This document shows, piece by piece, positions 42,820 through 55,591 of a DNA stretch of 64,000 nucleotides. Each line of letters opens with the position of its first letter. Position 1 is the first letter of the stretch. The DNA lies in the NCBI RefSeq assembly GCF_006345805.1, contig NC_043012.1, positions 19,220,001-19,284,000 on the forward strand, written 5' to 3'. This DNA comes from Octopus sinensis. Lineage: Eukaryota. Under the pieces are notes generated by a model. It worked only from the letters and a program-made list of their open reading frames with translations, did no database searches and was not told the DNA's origin. The position numbers and the translations under genes are program-made.

Positions 42820-44758
42820 TTATACATACTTTCTTCGCGGCCTTTTGTGAAATATTTCATGCATCCATATATGTGCGTGTGTGCATGATACATATATGTG
42901 TGCGTGTATATACATATGCATATATATATGTATGCATTTATATATATATATATACATACATTCTTCGCAGCCTTTGTAAACTCTCTCCCTGCCTCTCTCT
43001 CCCTCTCTCTCTCTCTTTCTCTATCTATCTATATATATATATATATCAACGTCCGAATCAGGTTTTTGCATCAAGCTTTAGCACTATGTTCAACAAAATC
43101 GATATCAGTGGGGAATGATATTCTCCGTACAATGTTTGGAATGATTCAACTCAGCTACCAGCACCATATGAACAGGCAATATAGTTAAACATGATGATTC
43201 TATAAACCCCAGAATCAGGGCAGTTGTAAAATATTGTACTTTTAATGACGGCACACTCAATATAACGTTTATGACTTTTAACATCGCTGCTAAGTCATAA
43301 ATTTCTCTTTCCTGCTAAGGAAAACAAAGTCGATTAAATTGACAGCAGTACTTGACTGGTACTTTATTTTGTTTACGGCAGAACGATGAAAGGCTTATAT
43401 GAACACACTAAAATACGGAATAAAACTGGAAATATATGTAATGAAATGTCACACTGCATTTTATCAGCCGTTTTATCGTCTCAGCAAATCAGCAACCCTT
43501 CACTGAATGGAAAATAAATTTCCTGAATTCAGTGGCACACTGAAGAAACCTTATTATGTAAAAAGATAACATTTCGTTTAATAGTGTCAACTCACATTCT
43601 CCTAACATAATAGACGGAAGTGAAAGAAAATATAATAGACAAAGCGTATGCCGAGATTGTCAGGTTTGAATATATGTACAAAAGTGCGTTTACTGCGTTA
43701 AGAATATGCGGCCGTACAGAATACGCTGGGGCATACATATGTGTGTGTTAAAGGTTTTGTTTCCTATCTGATCAACTGTTAATAGAATTGTGATTAATGC
43801 CGAGTTTTGCATTTTATATCTTGCTTAGCGGAAAGTGTTAATAGAACATTGTATTATTTTAATTACTTAAATGTAGTTACATTGCATTCTTGGTACCAAA
43901 GTTTCAATATAATGCTGACTCGAGTATTTTACGCATATACATTCGTTATTTATTATTATTAATCTAGGATACACAGGCCGTTAATAATTCCAGCGTGCAT
44001 ATATATATCTATTATTGGCATTTTTTCATTCTGTAATCATTCTTAAGCATATATTTTCTTATTTTCTCTCTTATATTTTCTCATTTTCTCCCCATCCGTC
44101 TTCGGTTTCATTTGCTTTTTTTTTGTTTTTTTTTACTTCAGCTGTACATCTTATATCGTTCAATTTCGTTCCCTTTTCATCGCCAGTCACATTATCTATC
44201 CTTCTGTCTTATTTCTATTAATCTTCTCTCTTTTTTTTTTCCCGTGTTCAGGTTGTAACACAACTCTCATTTACTCAGGTTTTCTTGAGTTTTGCTTCTC
44301 ACTTTCAACCTGTAGCCTAAGTATTCTCTTCCCTTTCGTCCTCTATTCGACCTTGCTCCGCTTCAGTAGTATTATTAATATTACTCTGTGTCTCTATGTT
44401 TTTTTATTGGTCTTTACTCTTAGTTTTATTTTGACTTCCCCGTGGGAATCGCAGCATCATAGCATCTCCGCGCTGTTGTCGTTTCTTTGCTTCTCTCTCA
44501 TTACACAAATACACTCAGTACACTTTCATATAAGGTGTTCTATCTGTACACTATATTGCAGCATTTTTCGGATTTTCACTGTCGTTTCATTGCTAGGAAG
44601 ATTGAAACAATACTTTAAGAGCAGTGAAATTCTTAATGGCCTCAGTAGGAGAATACAAACGAAAGTAGGCTTACGTGTCATCGGTCAATAGTTCGGTAGC
44701 AACTTATCTCCAAAAAACAGTTCGGGGAGCAATGCCCAGCCTCGTATATATATATATA

Positions 44759-45797
44759 CTGATGTACGACTTATTTTGAAACTTTTTGATAAGTTATCTT
44801 AATATAAAATGAACCGCAGAAGAAAGGTGAGACGTGTGTGTTTGTGAATCACGTTTTAATTTCTTCATGCCAGATATGTATTTTGATTCATATGATAAAT
44901 TCGGTTTCTTGGATGTACTTTCACCTCAGTCTAAGGGTTGTTGTGATGTATTTTGGTAATGGGCGGATCCAGCGCTGTGAGAATGTTTTGGGTGTGACAT
45001 GTTCAATACCGTGTATGACCTCCCTAAGTGCTCTAATGCCCTCGGTATATGTAGAGGATGAGGCGGTTCACAAAAGCCATTGGCACCTGTGTCTACACCC
45101 TGAGGAAAGCTGCCTCCAATTCCACACGAGTTGTCAGCCTTCGGACGAACTGTTTCAACCGTTTGTGGATTCCATTCCACAAGTGTTCAATTGGCTTCAA
45201 ATCCGGGCTGAGAGCCAAACACAGACAGGTAGTACATGGTAACCTTAGCCGTGTTGGAGGAAGTATTGTTCTGCTGGAACACATGGCTACGGTGACGCGC
45301 CAAGAAGGGTACGATGTGTGATCTCAGGATATTCATTCCATCTGTCTTCAACAACATTTTGGAACACATGGGGCCCGGTCCTCTGATTCGGGCATATATC
45401 ACCCCAAAACCATGATGCATTGGCCACCCACGCATGTCTCTTCATGATAAATGTTCGACCCTCCTAGGCCACACCCTCACTCGGCCATCTGAGGTGGATA
45501 CGCAGTACTGGCTCTCGTCAGAGAAGACTATCGATCTCCATTATTGATGCCGCCAATGTCTGAGCTGTGTAGTCCACTGCAGTCGTGCCTGACGGTGGTG
45601 GGCAGTGAGGAGCGGCCCCCCAGAAGGGAGACGGCAACGCATGTTATTGGCGGCCAGTCAACGTCGTATCGTGTCATCGCTGATGGGTCGATGCCCAGTG
45701 CCATATGTCTCGCAAGCTGTCACGCTAGCCGGTCTTATGCGGTCATGGAGTGGTTGCAGGTGGTCGAAGCCGTCCTACCTGGGTGTGGTTACCTTGG
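44759..45797 (-). mobile_element. Tc1-type (DD34E) transposon, 5'-truncated and decayed
   Basis: ISDDTIRR, ARLQWT, IVFSDES, DGRVRVW, VFQQNN, SPDLKPIEHLWNGI and a GGHTRY-like end. Terminates at a TA run at 44745-44758. Confidence 0.88.
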
Positions 45798-46749
45798 GGC
45801 GTCGGAGGTAGAGGAACAGGGAGTAGGGGAAAGCCCGTTCGGTGTGGAAGGAATGGGAGAAGTTGAGGTATAGGAGGGAATCTGTGGGTTTGAAGAAGAT
45901 GGAGATGGTGAGCGAGTGGAAAGGGTGGTAAATGGTAAGCGAGATATCAAGGAAGTTAACAGAGGTGTTAGAGATAGTAGAAGTGAATTATAGAGAGGGT
46001 GGAAGTTAGAGAGGAAAGAGATGAAGTGGCAGAGTTGTTCACAGGAGGGGGAGGTTACCTATACAGTCGTCTATTTCGTGACCGTATAGCTCTGGGGTAG
46101 GCCCGGTGAATCGGGAGAATGCATGGGCCTCAATGTGGCCAACAAAAAGGCTGGCGAGAGTGGAACCATTCTCATTCCCGTCACGACCCTAGGCAGATGT
46201 TGGTAGGTTTCCCTGGCGAACGTAAAGTAGTTGAGGGTGAGGACGAGCTCTGCAAGGCGAAGAAGGGTGGAGGTGCTAAGTGTGGAGACAGGGTGACGGT
46301 CGAGGAAGTATTGCAGGGATAAGAGACCGTCGTTGTGGGGAATCACCGTGTATAGGGATTTCATGTCCAAGGTGAACAGGAGGTGTGAGGAACCAGGAGG
46401 GAAGGGAAAGAAATTGAAGAGGCGAAGGACGTGATTAATGTTTTGTATGTGGGGTGGGAGGGCAGCAACAAAAGGGGACAGGATGCAGACAATGTATTTG
46501 GAAATGGGTTCGGTGGGGCAATTACAGGCAGAAACGTTAGGGCGGTCAGGGTTGTCGGGTTTTTGTATTTTGTGAGGGAAATAGATGGTGGAGGTATGAG
46601 GTGTTCGGACAATGAGGTTACTGGCGGTGAGGAAGAGCAGAAGAGGATAGGTAATGGATGGTAGAGGACACTCGCTATAGGTAGAGGTCATGGAGTCGGA
46701 GGGGAGGAGACGATAGAAGAGGGGTCTTTGAATTTGGCTGAGCGCTTCC

Positions 46750-46750
<1 letters not shown>
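45797..46750 (-). pseudogene. Penelope-like element RT fragment
   Basis: ORF 46071-46691 has PHKIQKPDNPDRPNVSACNCPTEPISKY, LFTLDMKSLYTVIPHNDGL and TLLRLAELVLTLNYFTF. Downstream: DDCIG, VNFLDIS, KPTD and a QFLYLRR-like segment. Confidence 0.9.
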
Positions 46751-46842
<92 letters not shown>

Positions 46843-47164
46843 TTGTGTATGTATGTATGTATGCATGTTTGTTTGCATGTATCTATGTCTATATACACAT
46901 ACACACATACAGATATTCTTTATTATTAAATCTGCAAATTCATCACAAAAACGCTGCTCCTCAGTTTCCCGTTTCCGTTCAACGGACAGTTGTGTTCTGA
47001 ATCTCAATTGTCCGACGAACAGAAAAGCCATTTCTTCGTGAAGCTTCTTTTAGCTGTAATAATAAAGTATATTTCTCTACCTCCTGTAGTGGAATACTAA
47101 ATTTTTCCCACCTCGTTTCACATTTATATGTTTACTGTGGTAGATACTCACACACACACACACG

Positions 47165-47232
<68 letters not shown>

Positions 47233-47246
47233 TATATAGAGAGATG

Positions 47247-47300
<54 letters not shown>

Positions 47301-48322
47301 GGTGTGTGTGTGTGTGTGTGTGTTGTGTGTATGAATAAACTTAGTATTTTATGCATGATTGGTGATAAATACATATATTGATTCACAAATAATTTCTAAC
47401 GATTTCATGATAAAATAGGAAGAGGGGTTACGTTCTTATGTTAAGGAGGAATAGGGCGAGACTCTTTTATTATCTAATTCTATCAACGAGCTGTGGTCAA
47501 TTGTATAGCTTTAGAATGTTAAATTATGTGTGAATAAACATCGAAATAGTAGTGTCCATCATTTACTCGGAATGTAAGGAGAGTCACTATTACCAAACAC
47601 CGTTAGCTAAATGGAGGAGGGGATTAATTTTGTTTCATTAGATTATTGAGTTATGGTTGAATGATCTGTAAGGGCAAGCTGTTCGCTATTCAGTAGCAAT
47701 AGGATAGTTAGTGCGGAAAATTAAATAAAATTAGATTGCGAAGTTCATTAGTGAAGCTGGTTGATTGTTGGTTGCATTTAAATAATTCAGTGACGTGATC
47801 AATAGGAAAACAGAACAAAACAAAAACTACACAATATGAATTTTTGTGTTAGCTTTATGTATTGTGGCTCTACAGAAATATGTTACCATTAACTTTACTA
47901 TTGATTAGTTTTGGCAAAACAAAATGTAAAAATCCGCCACAATTTGGAAACGGAATAAATTATAACATGTCGTTACAATTAGAGGCCATGCACGTAAGAT
48001 TTGTCTTAGGCATTTCGTAACTGTTTAGCAGGAATTAGTCTCACAAAAGATCACAAATCTGGTCTCCAAAAGTACTGCTTAAATTCTTGCGGTCATTCTG
48101 GTGCTTTCCGCAACTACCTCATGCTGCTAATCATCTCGTGTTACCACCAACTATGCAAAATCTGCTGTCTTATTTCTGTCTTATCTCTGGTTCTACCGAC
48201 AGATATTACATCATAGGTGGTACATAAAATCCTACAAGCCATAATGTATTTGATATTACTTGATGTATTTCAATACATCGTTGGAAAAGATACTGTGTAT
48301 ATATGTTATATTATAATATGTA

Positions 48323-48369
<47 letters not shown>

Positions 48370-48380
48370 ATATATATATA

Positions 48381-48690
<310 letters not shown>

Positions 48691-49369
48691 TAACTATATA
48701 TATATATATACATTCCAAGAAAAGACAGCATATATACATATGCAATACAATTCTAGTAATCACAACGAACACTCACACACACACACACACTTATGTGAAT
48801 ACGTATATGCACACACCTACTCACACTGCCCTGGTAATTACAAGACACATTCACACAAACACATCCACCCACACACACGCATATATGCACATATGTACAC
48901 ACACAAACACAATATGCCCGTTCCCAAGTAAAAACTCACATACACACACTCAAAGAAATAACACACACATATATACACAATACAGTCCCAACAATCGCAA
49001 CAAACATTCACAGACACACATACACACATACGTACACACACATGCACACATACATTTACAAACTCTAGCACGCACACACACACAATAATACACGTAATCC
49101 TGAATAAATACAAGACACATAGACACTCACACAAACTCACGCACATGTTTACACACACACTGCACGAAAAATATAAACAAAACACTCATAATAATACACA
49201 CAAACATATATATGCACCACACAGAATAATAACATACACACTTATACTCACACGTACAGACACACATTTCACCACAACAAATATAGCGCACACACAAGCA
49301 TACACATTCATACACATAGACGCACACATGCATACATGTGAACAAACACATACTCACAAACGCATACAC

Positions 49370-50210
49370 ACGTGCGCACACACAGCGCCCTGACAAATAC
49401 AAATCACACTCATACACACACACACAAATAAAAACAGAGGATACATATACACGCACCATCCTGATAAATATAAAATACACTCATACTCAGACCCATACAC
49501 ACCATATACTGAACTCTAATAAAAACGCACACACACAGACACAAGCACATATATATATATATATATAGATATAGAGATACACACATAGAAACGTTCACAG
49601 AGAAACACGCACACTCATGCCATTTTTGAACTCTAAGACCAGTCCCCAAAACCACTGAACCATGAAAGACTAGCCAAACAAATTCGCTTGATTCCACAAT
49701 GCTCTCCTTCACCAACCAACCGTCCACGCTATATTTAAAATCAACAGTGTCTGTGGGAGTGGCACTGTCTTGTAGTGGCTCTCCTACAGCCACTACAAGA
49801 CAGAAGATAATGAATGGAAAGGTTGGTGATTTCCCTAAATTTCTGTAAAAATACTTAAATATATTTCCTTCTACGTATATGCCTCTTGTATAAAACCATG
49901 ATTTTTGATGAACTTAAGATAATTATAAATTTAATTTACTACCTATTTTGAACACCTTCCTGTAAACTGTTTAAATAAAAATACCCATTTACATATTCAT
50001 TGACATAGATTCTTCTTTTTAACATTTTAAAAATTATTTTCAAAGAATGTATAACTGTATTTTAATATAATTATGACAACCATTATTTAACACAACAAAG
50101 CTTATACAAAGCTTCACATTTTAATTTTGATATTCTTTAAAAAAAAACGAAACCGGTCAAGTCAATATACATCTTTAAAAGACCTCTGCATTTTCAAACA
50201 CTCTTTCTTA
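49370..50210 (+). repeat. Unclassified interspersed repeat, copy 1
   Basis: Collinear blocks shared with the reverse complement of 59750-60470: ccctgacaaatac.aatcacac, taagaccagtcc..aa..cactgaaccatga.agactagcc, ccaaccaacc, tcaaagaatgtata, ttaacacaacaaa. Confidence 0.75.
49765..49803. other. Perfect 16-bp stem, 7-nt loop hairpin
   Basis: ctgtcttgtagtggct-ctcctac-agccactacaagacag. Confidence 0.95.
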
Positions 50211-50268
50211 TATATTTTCACTCATGCGGTGCCTTGCAAGTTTACTCTGTTGTATATCTATCTATCTA

Positions 50269-50322
<54 letters not shown>

Positions 50323-50391
50323 GATATATATATATATATATAATATATATATATATGTATGTATGAATGTATATATATATATTTATGTGTG

Positions 50392-50427
<36 letters not shown>

Positions 50428-51622
50428 TAAATAACAAGATGAATAACGTGTCAATTTTGAACAGCTGTTTTCAAGAAACTACTCATTGTTTAAGTGTGGC
50501 ATTACGTCATTAGAATAAAACGTTTTCAGATAAGTATATGAAACATAACATTCAAAATAATCAAAAGCCCGCGGGATGTGCATTTTCATGTTTCTGTTCT
50601 CTTCATAGAATGAAGTTGTTAGTTTTATAGAAGAAAACTCGATGTGATGTGTTGGTAAGCTACCAAAGAAGATTTATAGCGTTGGAAGTTAGAGGAAGGG
50701 CTAAGTGAGGTCGGACAGCGAAGAATCCTGCCCCTACAACTAAGATAGAGATAGTTACTTTTATCTTTATATTCTATTCAATATGCTTTTATAGGGTTGC
50801 GTAGAAAATGTAAGTACACCATGTTATTTATATATTTACTTATTTCCCACCATTCTATAAGCTTCATTTTAGGCCAAATAACCCTAAAAGCGAGACAATA
50901 AAGCTGAGATTCTATAATGAAACAAGAAGAGGGGCTGTTAAATGTTTTTTAATTGTCGTGATTCATATATTTTCCTGACGGAAACGTTTTTTTTTTTTTT
51001 TTCTAAGGATGTAATGCCTTCATTAATCAGTTGAAAATTCATTGGAAACAACTGAAGTGAATTGACATGTTATCTTTTGTTATTTATTCATATTCGCCTC
51101 ACTCACAACCTACTCCTTGTGTAATTGTGAAGTTTGTTATGGACCGTACATTTACTATAATGTGCGTTTCTTGATTAGCCTCAAAATATTGATTTACTCG
51201 AACAGGTACAGTTAATCATGCACATAACCCGAATATCATTTTGCCTTTGCTTCGGTACACGGATATTCCTCTATTTTTTCTTGAGTACACATTTTACTTT
51301 GCGACCCGACCCAGTGCCTTACCATTTACATGACTGATCCATTTGAATCCCGAAGCAGATTTTGTGGTTAACGATGGATTATTCATTTATTCAATTATCC
51401 CAGGCAGCTGTTTCTGTCAAAAAGGTCATGATATAATCAAAGATATAATGCATAGCATTATCATATAATGTCTTGTTCGTACTCATCAGTGCATTATAAT
51501 TAAAACAATAAGACGTTTTAAATTCATTATCTTGAGTTTTTCCTTTGTTATCATTATATTAATATTCACTTCTTTACACTCACGAAACACGATTCAAGAC
51601 TATCATAGCTATATTGAAATAT

Positions 51623-51678
51623 AATAATAATGATGATGATGATGATGATGATGATATGATGATGATGATGATGATGAT

Positions 51679-51722
<44 letters not shown>

Positions 51723-51768
51723 TAATAATAATAATGATGATGATGACGATGTTAATAATAATAATATT

Positions 51769-51820
<52 letters not shown>

Positions 51821-51841
51821 TAATAATAATTACAATAATAA

Positions 51842-51882
<41 letters not shown>
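51623..51882. repeat. (TAA)n/(TGA)n microsatellite
   Basis: Seen directly. Confidence 0.95.
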
Positions 51883-52881
51883 TATGTGTGTATGTATGTT
51901 TGTGGGGGTGTATATGTGTGTAAATAAATAAGAAGTACTAGCCTATTAATGTAACTAAAATGTATCGACGAAATACTTAATTTTTAAAGATATTCTACTC
52001 AATTAAAATTTTACCTAAGTATGTAGAATAGCAAAAACTTAAAAACTTATATTTGCGTTGTTTCAATTACGAAAGCAATGTGCTCATGCGTGAAAATGCG
52101 CTCGGAATCAATATAACAATATATTAATGTATATATATTTATATATTTACATAAATATTGTATCTATACTGTTCATATTTTTATATAAATATATCAATGT
52201 ACAAAGTTTAAGATAACTATTGTAATTTAATAATATTATTGTGTATCATTTATTACATGTAAAGAACTGAGAAAACTATAGATTTCTGCTATTTTGTTGT
52301 TTTCTAACTAAAGAATGAGTTGCAAATGTATATGCGTTAGGATGGTTGCCAGTTAGAAAATACCAACCTGATTTTGAAATAATATCTTGCTCATTATTTG
52401 GTGTCTCTAGATGTACATAGGCATACCTTTTTAGAACAGTAAGTCATAGATAAACGAGGGAGATATTTATTTACATATGATAGGGAAGTGGTTAATAGTA
52501 AACAATGGGACAAAATTAGAAATATAAAAGTTAAGCGTTTCGTGAATGTAAAGAAGTAAATATTAATATAATATTAACAAAGAAAGAAAACTGAAGGTAA
52601 TGAAATTAAAACGTCTTATTGTTTTAATTATAATCCATTGATGAGCACAAAAAGACATTATATGATAATAATAAGCATTATTTCTTTGATTATCTCGTGG
52701 CCTTTTTCGCAGAAACAGCTGCCGGGGTTAATCGAAAGAATGAATAATTCCATCATTAACAACAAAATCTGCTTCGTTTCATTTTACTTGATGACATTTA
52801 ACAACGTTTAATGAATAATTTTATGAATACACACACCCACATACATATACACACATGCACAGACACACATACACACGCACG

Positions 52882-52922
<41 letters not shown>

Positions 52923-52944
52923 GTGTGTATATATGTATATAATA

Positions 52945-53034
<90 letters not shown>

Positions 53035-53775
53035 TATATCTGTTCTGTCACATGTGCGTTTTGTGTCATTATAATCGTTGTGCTTTTGTGGAATGGGACC
53101 ATTTCTGTATGAAGTTTAACATTAATAATCGTTTTCGTCTTTTCTCGCCTATTTTACAAACGCGGCTTCAGCAACTTCGAGAATGACTTCAGAAAACCCA
53201 ATTACTATCGCCATCCTAGAGGAAATATCGGTTACGCATTTGGTAATTGTTTTATTAGTTTAGCTTTAGTAGATCCGGGACACTGCAAAGTTAATAAGCA
53301 ATGAAATTGGTTACTGTTTTTATACAAGGGAATAAATTATACCCCTTCGTCTTAATTTATTCATTTGTGGGTCATTGATGAAATTTCGTTACACAGCAAT
53401 TTTTTTTATAGTGTTGTTGACTAGAACAAAAATTGGAGATTGTCGACATTTTACGTGGTGTTGATGATTGTTTCCAGCGCGCAAATGAAGTGGTAATTTT
53501 CAAGTGAAAGCAAATTATATCATATAATTTTGTTACTAATACGTTTGAAGAAATTCTTGCAAACATTTTCTTGTGGCCGCTTTTGATAACAGATAATTTA
53601 TACGGAGTGGAAATTTACTTTCATCTGTTAACCATAAATAATGTTTCCAGCGATTGTTGTGCTTTTGATCTGTTTCACCTGAGATCCAGCAAAAGTATTA
53701 TCAAAGAAGTAATACAATAAGTATATGTAGCAGTTCGTGTGAGAACAAACATTGTCTATCGATGACTTGTAAATA

Positions 53776-54311
53776 TTGGGTTGTCCGGAAAGTTCGTGCC
53801 AATTTATAGTAGCTTACATTTCGACTTGTTTTAGAACATGTTGAGTCCATAAATAGGATTTGACTACAACTACGTTTAGAGCAGCACAGTTTAAGCTATG
53901 TTTTCGTGGAAGAAGGTTTATGTTCCTATAACCTGTGTGAATTATGTAACCCTTTAAAATGGAAGATAAGAAAGTCCATTTTCGGCACTTGATACTTTGG
54001 GAACCAGACATAAATTGCTGCAGCTCGGCTGGGATGTGTTACCCCACCCTTCATATTCACCAGATATTGCTCCTTCGGATTTCCACTTATTCAGGTCTCT
54101 GCAGAATAGTTCCTTGGATGACGTAAAAAGATACCTTGATGAATTCTTTGACATGAAACCACCTCAATTCTGGGAAGAGGGTATTTTCAAGTTAAAGGAA
54201 AGATGGAGATGCATTGTGAAACAAAATACTTCATATTTCGTTGATTAAAAATGTAATGGCAAGTATTTTACTTTCCTTTAAAAATCGGCGCGAACTTTCC
54301 GGACAACCCAA
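53776..54311 (+). mobile_element. Internally deleted mariner (mellifera-like), 536 bp
   Basis: TIRs ttgggttgtccggaaagttcgYgcc with 1 mismatch. MEDKKVHFRHLIL is fused to GTRHKLLQLGWDVLPHPSYSPDIAPSDFHLFRSLQN...KLKERW. TA on the left, TT on the right. Confidence 0.9.
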
Positions 54312-54421
54312 TTTTAGGTAGACATAGTAGTTCTCTTTTTTGGACCTTACTTTGTATACATACATACATATATACATACATACATACATACATATACATA
54401 CATACATACATACATATATAC

Positions 54422-54480
<59 letters not shown>

Positions 54481-54486
<6 letters not shown>

Positions 54487-55589
54487 GTGAATTGAAGAAA
54501 TGGAGTTGAACGCAGATTGAACAGAAATCGTTTATTTCATTCTACACGTGTTCGAAAGGCACAAATTACCAAAATCCGATTGAATAATGGGACCATATTG
54601 TGTCTTTCTCTTCAGGAAGAAAATAGGAAATCCGTTGGAAAAACAAAACAGAACAGAGGCGGAGCAAAAACAAATCGAACTATGCTCCTAAGAGCCCATG
54701 GCGAAACTGTTTATCAGTGTATGTTGAGAACCGGTGGCTGAAGAATTCAACGGGTCAGGCATCGGTCAATCATGTGGGTGAGGGGTGGTGTAGATGTTCT
54801 TGTGACCGAGAATAAAGTTCTGACTATTTAAGGAATATTGATGTTTTATAAGGGGCGAGAAAAAATCTACTTAGAGACGTGTGTGTGTGTATACTGTTCT
54901 ATATATGTGTTGTTGGCGTAGGGGTAGGAAACATTTTTTGTGTACGTGTTGCGTTTGATCGTTCGGCTGTCAGTGGCTACTGCCGTGAGAACCGTTGGGT
55001 GGCAGAAAAAAAAAAATATATTATGTTTCGTGTGTGTGTGTGTTCATCTAAGCCTGCCTTGTCAGGAACCCCGCTGTGAAAAAACCAAGCCCCGTTTGTC
55101 TTACAGGAGTAATTCCCTCCTCCTTGCAGTGGTTAATCGTAGATATCTTAAAGGCTATTTCAGAATTTGTTACCAAGGGCTATGGGTGCCGGTATTATTT
55201 ATAAACGCTATTTAAAAGCCAGATAAGTGTAACGCCGCCAATGGGGGCATCGAAAAGCCGACTGTAAAAGCCCGTTTACCATCTGGCCTCTGGCAAACAA
55301 AATATGGAAGAGTTCGGAGACACAAAGGTTGCACTGCCCTCTGCCCCTATCAAATGGGAGGGCCACCGACAAAATTGACCATTCCAGCCTGTAGCTTAAG
55401 TTCGTATCCTTCAGTCGCCATATTAGCTTACTGAGTCCCGTGGTCTGGCGCTTGTTCATGTCCCGAAAAGTTGCGTAATGGTTGGAGACACGCAAAGACA
55501 ATCTTGAGGATGAGGCCCCTACATAAGTGAAGACATCTGAGTCCGTGTAAACCTTGCATTGGTAGACGGCGTTTTTGATCTTGGAGTTC
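54481..55589 (-). mobile_element. Penelope-like element, inverted 5'-truncated arm (GIY-YIG end plus pseudo-LTR)
   Basis: Reverse complement of 56004-57111, differing mostly by 1-bp indels. Confidence 0.9.
54533..54625 (-). ncRNA. Hammerhead ribozyme copy with the GAAA core shortened to GAA
   Basis: Mirror of 56966-57059. The minus strand reads cctttc-gaac-acgt-gta instead of gaaac. Confidence 0.6.
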
Positions 55590-55591
55590 AC
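55208..55591 (-). CDS. GIY-YIG endonuclease domain of a Penelope-like element (C-terminal fragment)
   Basis: AVYQCKV...TYVGAS, RVSNH, TGLSKLIW.LK, LEWSIL, CNLC..E and FRCPH; uninterrupted 127-aa ORF. Confidence 0.85.
   Translation of the reverse strand: MNSKIKNAVYQCKVYTDSDVFTYVGASSSRLSLRVSNHYATFRDMNKRQTTGLSKLIWRLKDTNLSYRLEWSILSVALPFDRGRGQCNLCVSELFHILFARGQMVNGLLQSAFRCPHWRRYTYLAFK

Noticed and set aside
44690-44746. tacgagg start on the minus strand resembling a mariner TIR
   Set aside because: No partner TIR or transposase sequence found.
46990-47050. ccgacga followed by an agaaa/tttct stem
   Set aside because: No GAAA core or stem III follows.
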